DNA of 42,917 bases from Catajapyx aquilonaris. Its lineage: Eukaryota. The DNA lies in assembly GCA_000934665.2 (NCBI GenBank), contig KZ539041.1, forward strand, positions 62,001-104,917, written 5' to 3'. The stretch's first letter is position 1, and each line of letters starts with the position of its first letter. The notes beneath the pieces were generated by a model, which was given only the letters and a program-made list of their open reading frames with translations, ran no database searches and had not been told where the DNA came from. This document shows positions 26,640-38,753 of this stretch, piece after piece. The position numbers and the translations under genes are program-made.

Positions 26640-26757
26640 CTGTTTGTGGCAATGTGGTCATTGGAGAAGGGGGAGCATCAGAAGCGCAATGTCGTGTTTG
26701 CGGGGTTGTACTTATAGAGAGGTATGGGGAACCCTGCCCATGTAACATCTCCATGGT
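26640..26757 (+). pseudogene. Possible decayed BED zinc finger (hAT-type transposase relic)
   Basis: MWS followed by AQCRVCGVVL..YG and a frameshifted M*HL resembles the BED pattern W..F...A.C..C...L...G...M..HL...H. Confidence 0.25.
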
Positions 26758-29082
26758 GGTTACTTTCTCTGGCACGTTTTGCATTGACTCAACTAAGCAG
26801 ATATATCACGGAAAATATTCTCCTGCGAGTAAGGTGCTAGTATTAACGCGAATTATAGTTTATATTATTACCAATATAATGCATAGGATTTATTCTTTTC
26901 CAGCCCGATCAGACCCTAAGTTTCATTAATTTATTCGGCAACTATAAGTTAAGAAATGAGGTTGTCCTCATTCATATGGGCAGCTGCTTTGAACAACTTG
27001 GTGAATTTGCCCATGAACCATTGCACCTCTTTGAACTAAAGGACTTAATACGTACTGCAGGCCTGCATTCAGTCAAGAGGCTCAATTGAGGAAGATTAAG
27101 CACCATGTTCGTCCACTCGACTGTTTCACTTGCACAGGGTTTATGCCATACTCGTATAGTAACTTTATTACGTAACATACTTCATGAAATGGAATTCTTG
27201 ATGCAAATTGCATTTGTGCTCGCTGAAAACAGTATTAATGAAGATCCCGATGCTTGTCATATCCATGGAATGTATAGTTGATACACAGTATGCATTGCGT
27301 ACTCAGGAATGTGTAGCCGAGTAATTAGAATACATTAGAGCAATTTGGAAAGATTAATTGTTCTAGTAGTTGTCGACAACTTATTCATCAGCAACTGCCG
27401 ATGCTGCTGGTTTATAATGCAAATTGTATTAGACTATAAAATCGCTTGCCCTGTCAGCGTAAGCAAATAGCCAAAAAATCCTTCAGGCGGACAATATCGT
27501 GAACTTGTCAAATGCTTTCATGGAACGTCGTGGCTGTTTTTATTATTATTTAAATTATACCGTAGTAACGGAACGAAATGCATTGGCCCATCTTATCTCT
27601 CATTGTTGTAGTTTTAGCCAGCAATAGTTGTTGATGTAAAATTCCACACTTATCAGTATAAAGAGTATTAGAACCTTATTTCATAATTCATTGCAGAATG
27701 GAATATAGCATTCAAAATTAGGAGGCACCAATAATAGTTAATTGATATTGAATGCAATATCAATGATGCGGAGTCTATAGTACAACAGAGGAATGGGTTG
27801 TATGCAATTTGAATGCTCAAGCTATGAATGGTCAGGGGGTTAATTGATTAATTTAACTCGCAATTATTGAATGAAGCACATCATGTGTTCCGTCACTATC
27901 CATGTAAATCTACGAATATTTGGTAGCCTATGTTCTTAGTATACGTCAGTGACTATATTGCAAATAACAGTGTGCATAATTTGATTTTTTTCTGCAAGTT
28001 TTAGGTCATATACTGTATAAACATGGACCATATCTCATAGCAGTACCAGAATATATTGCTATGGTTAATATTTACGTAGGTCAATTACACAGTCATATCC
28101 AGGTTATAAATGTTTTGATGTCACAAACACTAAATTATGTAACCGACGTAGGTGAGATTAATTGAATCACTTCTGATTATAATTAGATCTACAATGCAGG
28201 GGTGGAGTAATAATAATAATATAAATTAGAAGTGGACACATCCATCAAAAACAGTTAAACTTAGGCATAGGCCCTTTTTGGCAAGTACTCAGCAGTGAAT
28301 GATGGACTTTTTCACCTTGATGAAAAATTATCTTCCGCCTTACCATACGAAAATTATTCGTAAACGGCTACTTGTACGCAATAGCTTGTTTGAGTCATTA
28401 ATTAAAAGAAATGAGGGAGCGGGTGAGAGTGGCAAGGGAAATACCTACAATGGCATGTATTTTGAAGCATTGTAGTCAGATGTTATACTTTGAGAAAAAC
28501 ATCGGTTATTTAGAAAATTTCAAGTACTGTCCACATTGACTGAGGCAATTTGGTATTATTTAGATATAATTGAGTCAACGAGAATGAAAACTGCTGCAGT
28601 CCGGTTTTTGGCAAAATCGAGTTATTGGTTGCAAAATATTATTCAAAGTTCAAAGTCCTATCGGATATTGCGGAAACGTGCAATGATGAAGTGTCCAGCA
28701 GAATGCATAGCCATTAGCCAATAAGGAAAAGGCCCAAGTCAACATTGGCCACATACTGAATCATGATTGGCAGGCTCTAAAATGAGCTAAATGAATGTGT
28801 GCATTATTTCTATATGTACTTTAGTCACCGTCCATGTGTATGTCTCTTGGCATCAAGGTCGCACGAACATTTGGCAAGACGCTCTCTGTTGTCCATCTGG
28901 AATGGCTGGGACAGGGTACTGGACCATAAAAGTCATTTTTCTTTTTGTTCATAAAGAATGGGGCACGAAGTTGGTAACGATTTATTGTTTCAAATTTAGC
29001 ATATGGTGAATCACATTATAAGCATGTACTAATCTTTTATGGCATCGGAAATTATGCCTGAAGTTTCAAAGTTTGAGGACAC

Positions 29083-29144
29083 TTGCACAGCACTATCATT
29101 TGCTTGGACTAAATGTAGTCCAAGCAAAGGATAGTGCTGTACAA
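29083..29144. repeat. 62-nt near-perfect hairpin (mini-MITE or miRNA-like)
   Basis: TTGCACAGCACTATCATTTGCTTGGACTA-AATG-TAGTCCAAGCAAAGGATAGTGCTGTACAA: 29-bp arms, two mismatches, 4-nt loop. Confidence 0.85.
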
Positions 29145-30683
29145 AGAGAGAGAGAGAGAAATGCTTTAGTGAAACTGCGAGATTTTGTCCCTTATTGTAT
29201 ACATTAGTGAATTCAAAATCAGAATAACCACTTATATGAAATCTGCAGCAATTGATATGTATAGGCTGTACCAGTAGTGATGACCTTGAGCAAAATATTC
29301 TGACCCTGGCAGGGTATGCAACCCACCAGTGCTAGGAAGTTTCCATGTTGAATTCCTAGCGCTAATTCAATTGTCGCTTTATTCTAACCCACCACAAAAA
29401 AAAATAATCCTGGAGCATGGCCCCATGATTACATAACCACCCCCTGACTTGTGTGTGCTCTTGGAAAGGCTCCGGAGACGGAAGCACGGCAGTTGCGTGG
29501 AACCTAACACAAAAGAAGGCTTCGTACAATAAGTCTTTTTACACAATCCGCCATCGGCAAAAAGTCCCCCCAAAAAAAGAGGAAAACTGAGCACCAGAGA
29601 GAGAACCTGGCTCGAAAATTTGAATACAAACTCAGCCCTGCTCTGCAAATTGGGTTTGGGGGCGGCAAAAAGCAGCGGGGGAGTTTTTGGTTTGACAAGA
29701 GTCAAAAGGGTTGCTTTGGAACCTTCAAGAAGCATGTTGGCTCAAAGGGACTAGGTGACGGGGTGCGGTGGTGCCAGTGGTTGGTGATGGTGGTCTAGTC
29801 GCGGTATGAAATCCAGATTGAGACCCGGATTCCCACCCTATACACCCCTCATTTCTCCTGAATGGAAAGTCTCCCTAGGTAAGTCACACTCATTTATCAA
29901 AGTCAGATTGCAAAAACGTCAGGCGTGCAAAAGAAATATATCAGGAGGGGTGGCAGGCAGGCGGGTGATTTTTTTAAAAAGTTAAAAGGTGCAGGGTACC
30001 TTTCTTCTTCAATGGGGGAACTATTTTTCCTCGTCACTTTGCAAAATGGAAGAATAATAGTGCTGAATATTCAGGCATCAATTTAGGTACTTTACCAAAT
30101 TGGGCTCCCCATGGAGTGAAACATTACATATGTGACAATAATAGTTTTCCCTAAGTTGGAACACTTACTGTGCAATGATAACAATGGCTTGATTCTTAAG
30201 AGTCTATAATCATACCCAACGTAGACTTTTAAGAATGAATAGAAAGCACTACTATGAATGAATAAAATCATGCCCCACATATTCACTAAATAGTGTTTTC
30301 TATTCATTTTCATGCCAAAATCATGCAAATTTAGTTTGCAATTTTGGCTCACATCTACTCAGAATGTCTATACCAGAGAATTTACAAACCACCATATTAA
30401 GCACCCGATTCACCATTGCGAAATTGAGGAAATGACTAGCCGAGCCACAATATTATCACCTGCATGATTGGAAAAACATGCCAAAATTTGCAACGTAACG
30501 TTGCAGCTGCAAAACCTCCCCAACTTTCTTTTTCCAACCCTGAAAACATGGGTCCAAGAGACCCCCCGCCCCCCCCCCCAAAAAAAAAACATCCAATATC
30601 TGGAGTATGGCATGTGCGAAATGAGGCCCCTACGGCCATGAGAAGGAATGGTCCATCCAGCTGGCGTGAAAATAGTTGCGAAT

Positions 30684-30697
30684 CTGCCATCTGGTGG
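30684..30697 (-). promoter_or_regulatory. Consensus CTCF-binding motif
   Basis: Minus strand CCACCAGATGGCAG matches the CTCF core CCASYAGRKGGCRS. This is a motif match only. Confidence 0.45.
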
Positions 30698-31174
30698 CGA
30701 CGCTGCCCAATTAAGTCAGACCAGTCCAGGTGGAAGAAAATGGCTTCCGTATCACCATCCTCCGGATAAATGGAATCCGGTCAGACGCAGGCTGATCCGG
30801 ACAGTATATGGGCACGTTTTGAAGGCAAATTTATATGTTTGATTTGAAGGGGGTGAACCTGCTACACGGTGGGGGTTATTAATGGGTCGGAAACAATACG
30901 CGACTGGCAACCCAGGAGGGTAATCAACTTTCAAACTTTCCATTAGGGGGCTGTCAATCCCATCTCGCGGCCGCCGATGAAAAACTGCACGTCCCGCCAA
31001 CTTTGCCGGCGTGCCCCGGGCAAGGATGCGCCTGAAGGCGGCAGCCAGATGAGTAGTGTCCTCCCCCCCACCCCTACTTCTCTTCCAAGCTATGCCCCGG
31101 GGCAAGATGCTCATTTACCTACTCGAAAAGATTGCTCAAGGTTAAGGTCCTGTCAGAGCCGGATTCAGCCATTT

Positions 31175-31365
31175 TGTACTTATACACGTTACCTTGTGTA
31201 CTGTACATGTTACCATGTGTACTGTATACACGTTACCTTCTATACTGTACATGTTACCTTATATACTGTACACGTTACCTTCTATACTGTACATGTTACC
31301 TTCTATACTGTACATGTCACCTTGTATACTGTACATGTCACCTTGTATACTGTACATGTCACCTT
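31175..31365. repeat. 21-bp minisatellite, ~9 copies (TATACTGTACAYGTYACCTTN)
   Basis: Tandem units are directly visible. The 21-bp period explains the YTVHVT(F/L) and YCTC repeats in the overlapping ORFs. Confidence 0.95.
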
Positions 31366-32845
31366 AACCTTCTGTGTTCATGGCGTATTCTACGTTGCTG
31401 GGTTATTCATGAAATAAGCCTTCAGGTTCATGCCGCGTTTTTCGCGGATCAAACCGGTTTTCGGCAATGCTTCCTGCCACGTGCTGGTAGTTTTTCTACA
31501 CTGCAACATTCTATATCACGAGCACAGTCACGAGCAGAGTCCGAACCAGTTCAGCATCAAACATTCAAACCGATGATGTCTCTGCTGTATGAGCAGCTAC
31601 ATAAAAAATCTCATTTTGCTCTAGACTGTACATCTCACATGGCCTGTGCATTCGTGCACCTTTTTTCCTTATCCCTTACACTTATATCTCACGTCCCAAC
31701 TTTAAAGCCATAATTATGCATAGCGATAACCCCAGCCCCACCGTCCCCATACCTATATATATAACACACTCATTCCGTAATCATGGCACAACCGATTGTT
31801 TTGTTTCCTGCCAGACCAACCGTCATTAAGTCCGACAAGAAGAAAAGCAGTTGTTGACACGCTCGGCACTTTGGGGGCGCCAAATCTTGTCACTGCATCT
31901 CTTTGCCACCGATCTCATTTTTCCCTCTTCAGCTGCTGTCACCCCCCACCTCATGGCGTTACTTTTGAATAGAATGACAAAAAAAAACACTAACAAAGCA
32001 GTTAATGAAGCTAAGAAACTGGGTGTGTTCAGAAACGCTAACTGTTAAAAAAATTGTGGAATCACAATGCACCCATCTTTAATAACAAAAAAAAAACAGA
32101 CTTAATTCATAGAGTTGGGTTTCTCGCACAATTAGTTTGGCGAGAAGGGTTTTTCTCGCTTCCCCCCCCCCCCNCCCCCCATTTCTCCTTCCAGCTCATC
32201 GTTTCCTATGAGCGAATCTGACAGTTCCAGCGTAATTTATTTCCGAGACGCCTAATATTCTGTCATTATGAAGGATCCTGTCTCTGGCTTTTTGTTCTGT
32301 TCTGGGGCGGAAATGATTTACAGGAGGCGAAGGTGGAACACCTGTTGAATTGGATTTGGCAGGGAGTTTTCTCGCTGATGCCCCAACTCCTTACATACAG
32401 AAGGGGGGAGGAAAGTTCGAAAACAAACGGGTGGGAAGGAGGAGAAAAAACAACAACAAAAAATATATCCTGAATGGGAAAAAGGTGGGGCGGTTCTGGA
32501 AATGAGGAGTAAGTCATTCGAAAATGATGTGGCGTAATTCCTGCCGTTCCGAACGGTTTGAAACTATGCTTGAAGCTAGAAAGGAATTGTTGGACTGACG
32601 TGTTTTCCCCTTTTCCTAAAAAAAAACAACAAGAAAATAACCCCCCCAAAAAACCGCGAAGGCGCCAAGAGGATTATTTTGGAGAGAATTCTTGCGATTT
32701 ATTTGCGGTCGGAATTTATGCGGTAATAAAATGTCAAATTTTTGCTTTGTACGGTGTTTCCAAGCCGCAAAGATCAAATTAAGGCTTGCTAGTTCCGGTA
32801 CTTATGTGCAAATATGTAAGTACTATGGTATGCCATATTTACATA

Positions 32846-33180
32846 CAGGGTGTTTCAACTTTTTTGTCCGAACAGTTATCGGAAAATTGCACGTAGCTGC
32901 TACTTTGTAAGCAGTGACTTGCAAACGGTGATTTTTTCGGAGGAACGGGGAATATTCCCTGCGGATCGTATAGGTTGAAGTGCTGGCATAGTGCTGCCCG
33001 CTGAAAATTGAGGGTCAAGTCTGGAAAAAAGAGGGTCACACATGCCATGGGAGGTGTGAACCTCCTTTTCCCCATTTCCCATTCCTCCTACAAATCACCG
33101 GTTGCAAGTCACTGTTTACAAAGTAGCAGCTACGTGCAATTTTCCGATAACTGTTCGGACAAAAAAGTTGAAACACCCTG
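32846..33180. mobile_element. Tc1/mariner-type MITE with long near-perfect TIRs and TA target-site duplication
   Basis: TA|CAGGGTGTTTCAACTTTTTTGTCCGAACAGTTATCGGAAAATTGCACGTAGCTGCTACTTTGTAA... is mirrored by ...TTACAAAGTAGCAGCTACGTGCAATTTTCCGATAACTGTTCGGACAAAAAAGTTGAAACACCCTG|TA. Arms are about 90-110 bp. Confidence 0.93.
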
Positions 33181-35674
33181 TATATGAGGGGTTTGAAGTT
33201 TCTATACCATTTTTACGTTTTGGTCAGATATTCAGGAGAACCTGAAGTCATAGGAAACTAATAATAATAATTAGTGAGGTACTGAATTTTCTGATATAGA
33301 TAAATTATTTATCTGTCAGAAAAAATTCCGTGTCGCATTATATCGATCAAAATTTTGCTGTCCTTCACTGTATGACCTCATTATTCGTCTTTCTATTTAC
33401 AGTCCAGTTTGCACTAATACCAGCCCCATAATTAGAGCTAGTTACAAAAAAATTATTATTGAGAACCCATGCGATGCAAAATAGCGCATTGAGTTGGAGG
33501 TCATTGCAACACGCCCAGCTAAATTAATACACTTGTGCATGAACCGTATTTAGTAATTAATCTGCAATTAACCAGCTCGACATACCCCACCCAATCCGGA
33601 ACCTAGCTTTATAACATATGACATTTAGCAATATTTTGGATTCTGACTGCCCCGCTGGGCCTACACCATTTTTACCTGCCTCTAAAAAAAATTAATTAGT
33701 GTCAAAGGTGACCAGATGGAATCTCCTAAATCCTCCTCACAAATGACCCGTACTCACTGTCTTCGTTTTTTATCCTTCCCGCGGTCCTTGTGTCGGCAGC
33801 AAATATTAATGCGGATCCCATCGCAATAAATTAACAGCTGCAGGGGAGAGGAAGTCCCCAAAGGAGGGGGGGCCCAAGATATCAAAATAAGTCAAGCCAC
33901 GAGCAGGTGGGCTTAAGAATAAGGGACAACCAAGACAATGCCAACTGTCTTTGTCCTTTAAAAAAAATTATAAATATAAAAAAATAAAAAATAAAGTTTT
34001 TATGGGTGTGGAATGGTAGCCCTCTTATTACAGATTGGAATCTAAGCGTGTAATTAGTCGCCGGAAGCCAAGTGGTTGCAGAGTCGGCCGACAAAAATCG
34101 CGTCGTAAATCCGACGTGATTTAGTGGAGCGGGGTTGAGTCTCGCGTAAATCAGTCACATGTCGGCAGGACAGCGTAATTTTCGGTGTCGCTCACAGTTT
34201 GCTTTACATTGGATTGGATGGATGGGGGGTACAGGAGTTGGTTTCTCGTGGTCGTAAAATTTTGGGTGAGACGTTTTCCCACCTTTAGTAATGTGTAGGG
34301 TAGTTTGAAAGTGGTCACCAGGACGCAATTACTGATCAAATGAAAGAAAGGTGTGTGAAAGTGCTACCTGAAATTTGCCTTCAAGGCTGGGTTGCTAACT
34401 CGATAACATTTTATTTAAAAAAAAACGTTCAAAACTGGGACGGTGGAGTTTCATATACACTACAGTGTTGCCCTGGAGGTTAAGCGTTAATGAACAACAA
34501 AGTAGAAAATACAATTATGTTGGCAGTTGAAAAATTGGAGGGTGTGAAAACACAATATGTGGTTGTGTGCATATATTATGATGGGCCATAAATTATTCCA
34601 GGGAAAAATATGAACACAAAATAGGTTAATAAGATTAGTGCCTCGAACAATTAATGACAAAAAATATATTGAATAGATTCCCGCTATGCTATTATGTATT
34701 TTAGCACAGGTATTATACAGCACTATATATACTACTTCAATATATTCATCGGTTTTTACAGTGCGTTCGTTGGGGCCTTCGACATTTTGCTCACGATTGT
34801 ATACGTAATGTTTTAACTGACCACTCTAAATTATTTTTGAGCGGTTTCGGCTCATTCTTCACTTGAAATTGCAATCCATAGAATTTTTTACATGGCATGG
34901 ACTGAAAAATTATTGTAAAAAATCAGTATCAGTGAGCGAGGAATTTCTTCTCCAAAATTCTTCCAAAATTCCGATTTTAAGTGTAGAGCTAGTTAAAACT
35001 CCAGTTAAAATCCACTCAAAATTATGTCGAATGAGTAATATCCACTTGAAAATCTGAACATATGCCATACCATCAAATTGTAAAAACCTCATATCATACC
35101 ATGCATATTTGCATACATCTCACACCATCCTTTTACTGACTGCTACACATTCCATGTAAGTTATACCCACCTCCCATTATTTCTCCCAAGAAAAAAAAAT
35201 AGGCTCGAAGAAAAGACCCTTTGGTACGCTCTTATAAAAAAAAATGGTGGAAAAAAATGCACCTTTCGTGATCGTGGGGATTATGTTGCTAGAGGGTTTA
35301 AAAAAAAGAAGAGAAGAGGTCCCACCCAAGCCTCAATCCAACTCTGGGATTCCTTACAACCACTGATGCCAATGTTAACCCCTTTGAAGCCCACGCATAC
35401 TCCAAAAAACACCTACATCCTGTTGTATGGGTTACTATTTTTACACCACCATTTTTATCGTTACAGATGGACCTATTGACATCTCGCTATCGCACGAACT
35501 GGTAAGTTGCATTTACGACCCAGTCAATTTTAACCTCTTAAAAAAAAAATAGTGACCATACCTCCCCCCTGATTTCTGCACGCCAACAATAATTTGAGCC
35601 AGGTTTTATGTCGTAAAAGAACATTTCCTGTTCTTTTAGGCTGGACCATATGGCTATACTCCCCCCCCCCCCCC

Positions 35675-35972
35675 NNNNNNNNNNNNNNNNNNNNNNNNNN
35701 NNNNNNNNNNNNNNNNNNNNNNNNNNNNNNNNNNNNNNNNNNNNNNNNNNNNNNNNNNNNNNNNNNNNNNNNNNNNNNNNNNNNNNNNNNNNNNNNNNNN
35801 NNNNNNNNNNNNNNNNNNNNNNNNNNNNNNNNNNNNNNNNNNNNNNNNNNNNNNNNNNNNNNNNNNNNNNNNNNNNNNNNNNNNNNNNNNNNNNNNNNNN
35901 NNNNNNNNNNNNNNNNNNNNNNNNNNNNNNNNNNNNNNNNNNNNNNNNNNNNNNNNNNNNNNNNNNNNNNNN
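35675..35972. other. Assembly gap (298 N) between a C run and a G run
   Basis: Run of N in the sequence. Confidence 0.99.
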
Positions 35973-36363
35973 GGGGGGGGTAACGTAACCCAAATTTTGG
36001 CCGCATTGTTATGGAGAATAAATTGGGGGGGATCATAAATTTGGGCATTTCCCAGCACCCCCTTTTTTTTGCTAAAGATTTATCGTGTTTAATGCCGTCC
36101 CAAAAAATTTTGCGGTGATAGGATGGGGCGGGTGTAAGGGTGGGAAATATCAAAAATCTCTAGAGGTGAAAACTGAGGCAGTTATTAAGAGGCGCGATCC
36201 GATCATTAATCCAGACTAGGTTAAGTGAAAGTGGCAGCTTGGTAAACTCTGGGCCAATTGCGGTAGGAACGAGCTTGGAATAACCGAGTTTGGACATCCC
36301 TTTTTTTTGGAAGGGGTTGACACACTAATTTTGTCAACCTCAGGGGACCCTGAAATGACCCAA

Positions 36364-36790
36364 AAATGCTGATGGATTAATCACTCCATTAAATTTGAAG
36401 AAATTATTATGTACTAGTAACTACTACATAATAATTTCTTCAAATTTAGTGGAGTGATTAATCCATCAGCATTTATTAGTAACTGATACATAATTATATA
36501 TAACCATTGTATAACTGTTATATATAATAGTTATGTAGTAGTTACTATAGTACATAATTTCTTCACATTTAGTGGAGTGATTAATCCATCTGCTATACAT
36601 AACAATTATATATATATATATATAACCATCGTATAGCTTATATATAATAGTTATGTAGTAGTTACTAGTACATAATTTCTTCAAATTTAACTATCCATAA
36701 TTTGTTACAATATTGAAAATGTTTATGTAGAATAATTTAAAATAGTTATAAATAACCATTGTATAACTGCTATATATAACTATTTTAAAC
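36364..36790. repeat. AT-rich compound inverted and tandem duplication
   Basis: A ~49-bp-arm hairpin at 36364-36474 is followed by ~122-bp-period direct copies (TAACCAT.GTATA...ATGTAGTAGTTACTA..GTACATAATTTCTTCA at ~36501 and ~36623, partial at ~36753). Confidence 0.9.
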
Positions 36791-37782
36791 TCATACGTAG
36801 AAATTATGAATATATTGCAATAAATTTTTGGACAATTTTTGCCCCCCCCACCCCCACGACTATGACGTATATGGTAGATGTAGATAAGGGCCTGGCACCT
36901 TCATGTATCCATTCCGCAGCCGTGCTGCACAGGTGTATGAAGCGTGGTTATATGAAGTTTCTTATCGGTCGGGCGTGAGTAATCAATCAGCATCAGCAGC
37001 CCGCCAATTTTTCAAACCTGGCTGACCCTTCTTTTTGTACATCCTGTAGTCTGCGGACTATTATTACGCGGCCGATTGAAGGACAGGGTATAAATCGGGT
37101 TAATTCTAATCATTAAGAGTGCAAAAAAAAATACAATAAATTCTTTATGGTCTTTACGGTCTGGAACAGTATAGTTTTTTAAAAAAAATTGGGCCATAAA
37201 TTTGTTAAATTTGTTAAGATTTACAGCCAGTTGAATACGTTTGAAGTAGGGTGCACCACAGTTAATTGATACTGCGACACGAAAAAGCTTTGGAGCTGTT
37301 ATCGCCTTTGCTATACTTTTGATAGTAGCAAACACTTTTAAAATGTCCCGAGGTTGAAACCTAAGAGTGTAGCGTTTGGATTGAAAGGGGTAGACCCTGT
37401 TATAGGTCCTCCCTTTTTCAGNCCCCCCCCCCACACCCGAAAAAAAAGTTGCCAAGTTTAGTAATTATTTCTCTGGAGTCGTCTAATTACGGGGTGCATT
37501 GTAGCGTGTTGTTTTCCCGAAAAAGCCCCTTTTGTGTGGAGTCTCATTAGTTGATTTAGGCTTCACCCCAACCCCACCCCAGGTTTTTCCCCCACGCACT
37601 TATCGTCAGCAAAAACCCCTTTTTACCCTCCCTACGGCAAGGACCTAAAGTTATAACGGCCTTAAGTCTTGACATTCCGTATAGTAATTTTCGCCCTTTC
37701 ACCTTTGCTTACCGTTCATATACTTAGTATCAACCTAACTTTCCTTCCCGGCGGATATACCCCCCCCCNCCCCCCCCCCTAT

Positions 37783-37840
37783 CATTCAGCGGATACATGC
37801 ATATGGTCAGCGGATACAGGCGTATCTTTCAGCAGATACA
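37783..37840. repeat. Short ~22-bp tandem repeat (TCAGCGGATACA core, 3 copies)
   Basis: TTCAGCGGATACA, GTCAGCGGATACA and TTCAGCAGATACA at ~22-bp spacing. Confidence 0.7.
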
Positions 37841-38149
37841 ACCCCTGGGAAAGTAGGTAAAAAAGTGCGACGTCTCCCGATATGAAAGCATAGCCGTTTC
37901 AACTACTGGTCAGGCACGTGGATACCCCCCTGGTTTTTAGTTAGGCCCGGTATCAAGCTAGCATTATACCCAACCTGACAACGATCCGCCACCGCTTCTA
38001 TTATACATATGAAAAAAAATACTCCGGTGTCGCCAGAGTGGTTCAAAAATCCCCCTTCCCCTCCCTGGGTTTGTTACCCCCTATCTACTCCCCCCCCCCC
38101 CTCTTTTTTACCTCCCCCCCTCCCCATGTAAAAAAAATGGTGGGGTAAA

Positions 38150-38360
38150 AGTGGGCGTGTCCTGTCTCCTTATTGGTCGGGTTAGAGGGGGGTAAGTGGG
38201 CGTGACTAGATTGGATGCGCGGGTTGGTTGGGTGGGAATGGGAGGAGCGAATAGGAGGCAGCCATGGCGGGTTGGGGGTGAGGTGTGGTTCAGGTCTCTC
38301 GCGCTAGCCGGCAGCACGCGATGGCAGTCTCGAGGCGGCAGCAGCGCCGAGCGGAGGTGC
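38150..38360 (+). promoter_or_regulatory. Candidate Pol II promoter (GC boxes, inverted CCAAT boxes, Inr, DPE-like), probably for pri-miR-276; predicted TSS ~38326
   Basis: GTGGGCGTG at 38151 and 38196, each followed by ATTGG (38172, 38210). Inr-like GCAGTC with A+1=38326, G at +24 (38349), and GGAGGT at +28..+33 (one mismatch from DPE GGACGT). The region is locally GC/CpG-rich. Confidence 0.55.
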
Positions 38361-38682
38361 TCTCGCGGTGCTCTGGTGGTGCGTACGTACTTTTGGTGGT
38401 ACTTTGGTGCTGGTGCTTGGCGAACATACTTGTTCCTATCCACTACCCCCCTCTACCTACCCTTACAGTATATACACCCCCCAGCTGCCAGTCTGTGGTT
38501 AGTGTACCAGCAACGCGGTCGAGTGACATCTGTTCGTAGGTTGGGCGCGAATTGTGACGTGAGCGGTGAGTCAACGCGATTGCATACCATTTGTTGGTAA
38601 AGCGGTTTTTTTGACGCTAGTTTTTACGTTTGTGATGCGGGACTCGTAACAACCCCTACTCTACGACATACAACCAGAACAT

Positions 38683-38753
38683 GCTCTCATAGCTCAGTTG
38701 GAAGAGCAACAGCTTATAGCTGGAGGTCCCAGGTTCGATTCCTGGTGAGGGCA
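38683..38753 (+). tRNA. tRNA-like gene/element with contracted anticodon arm (nominal loop CT-TAT-AG); not a canonical tRNA
   Basis: Acceptor stem GCTCTCA/TGAGGGC, D arm GCTC-AGTTGGAA-GAGC, variable loop AGGTC, T arm CCAGG-TTCGATT-CCTGG, discriminator A. A box (TAGCTCAGTTGG) and B box (GGTTCGATTCC) are intact, with TTTT at 38766-38769. Only 16 nt lie between the D stem and the variable loop instead of the usual 18. Confidence 0.85.

Noticed and set aside
31175..31365. CRISPR-like array
   Set aside because: Head-to-tail tandem units without unique spacers, in a eukaryotic context with no cas genes.
30977..31713. Two long ORFs with YTVHVT and YCTC repeats
   Set aside because: They are open only because of the 21-bp minisatellite.
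35530..36153. Five ORFs of 112-207 aa
   Set aside because: They are artefacts of translating through the N gap.
38285..38539. smORF with a hydrophobic segment (AYVLLVVLWCWCLANILV)
   Set aside because: The hydrophobic stretch comes from GGTG/TGGT low-complexity repeats, its ATG (38321) lies upstream of the predicted TSS, and no family is recognisable.
38683..38753. Canonical tRNA-Ile(UAU)
   Set aside because: The anticodon arm is 2 nt short with only 3 WC pairs around a 7-nt loop, and the D arm resembles Lys/Phe-type tRNAs rather than eukaryotic Ile(UAU). Kept only as tRNA-like.
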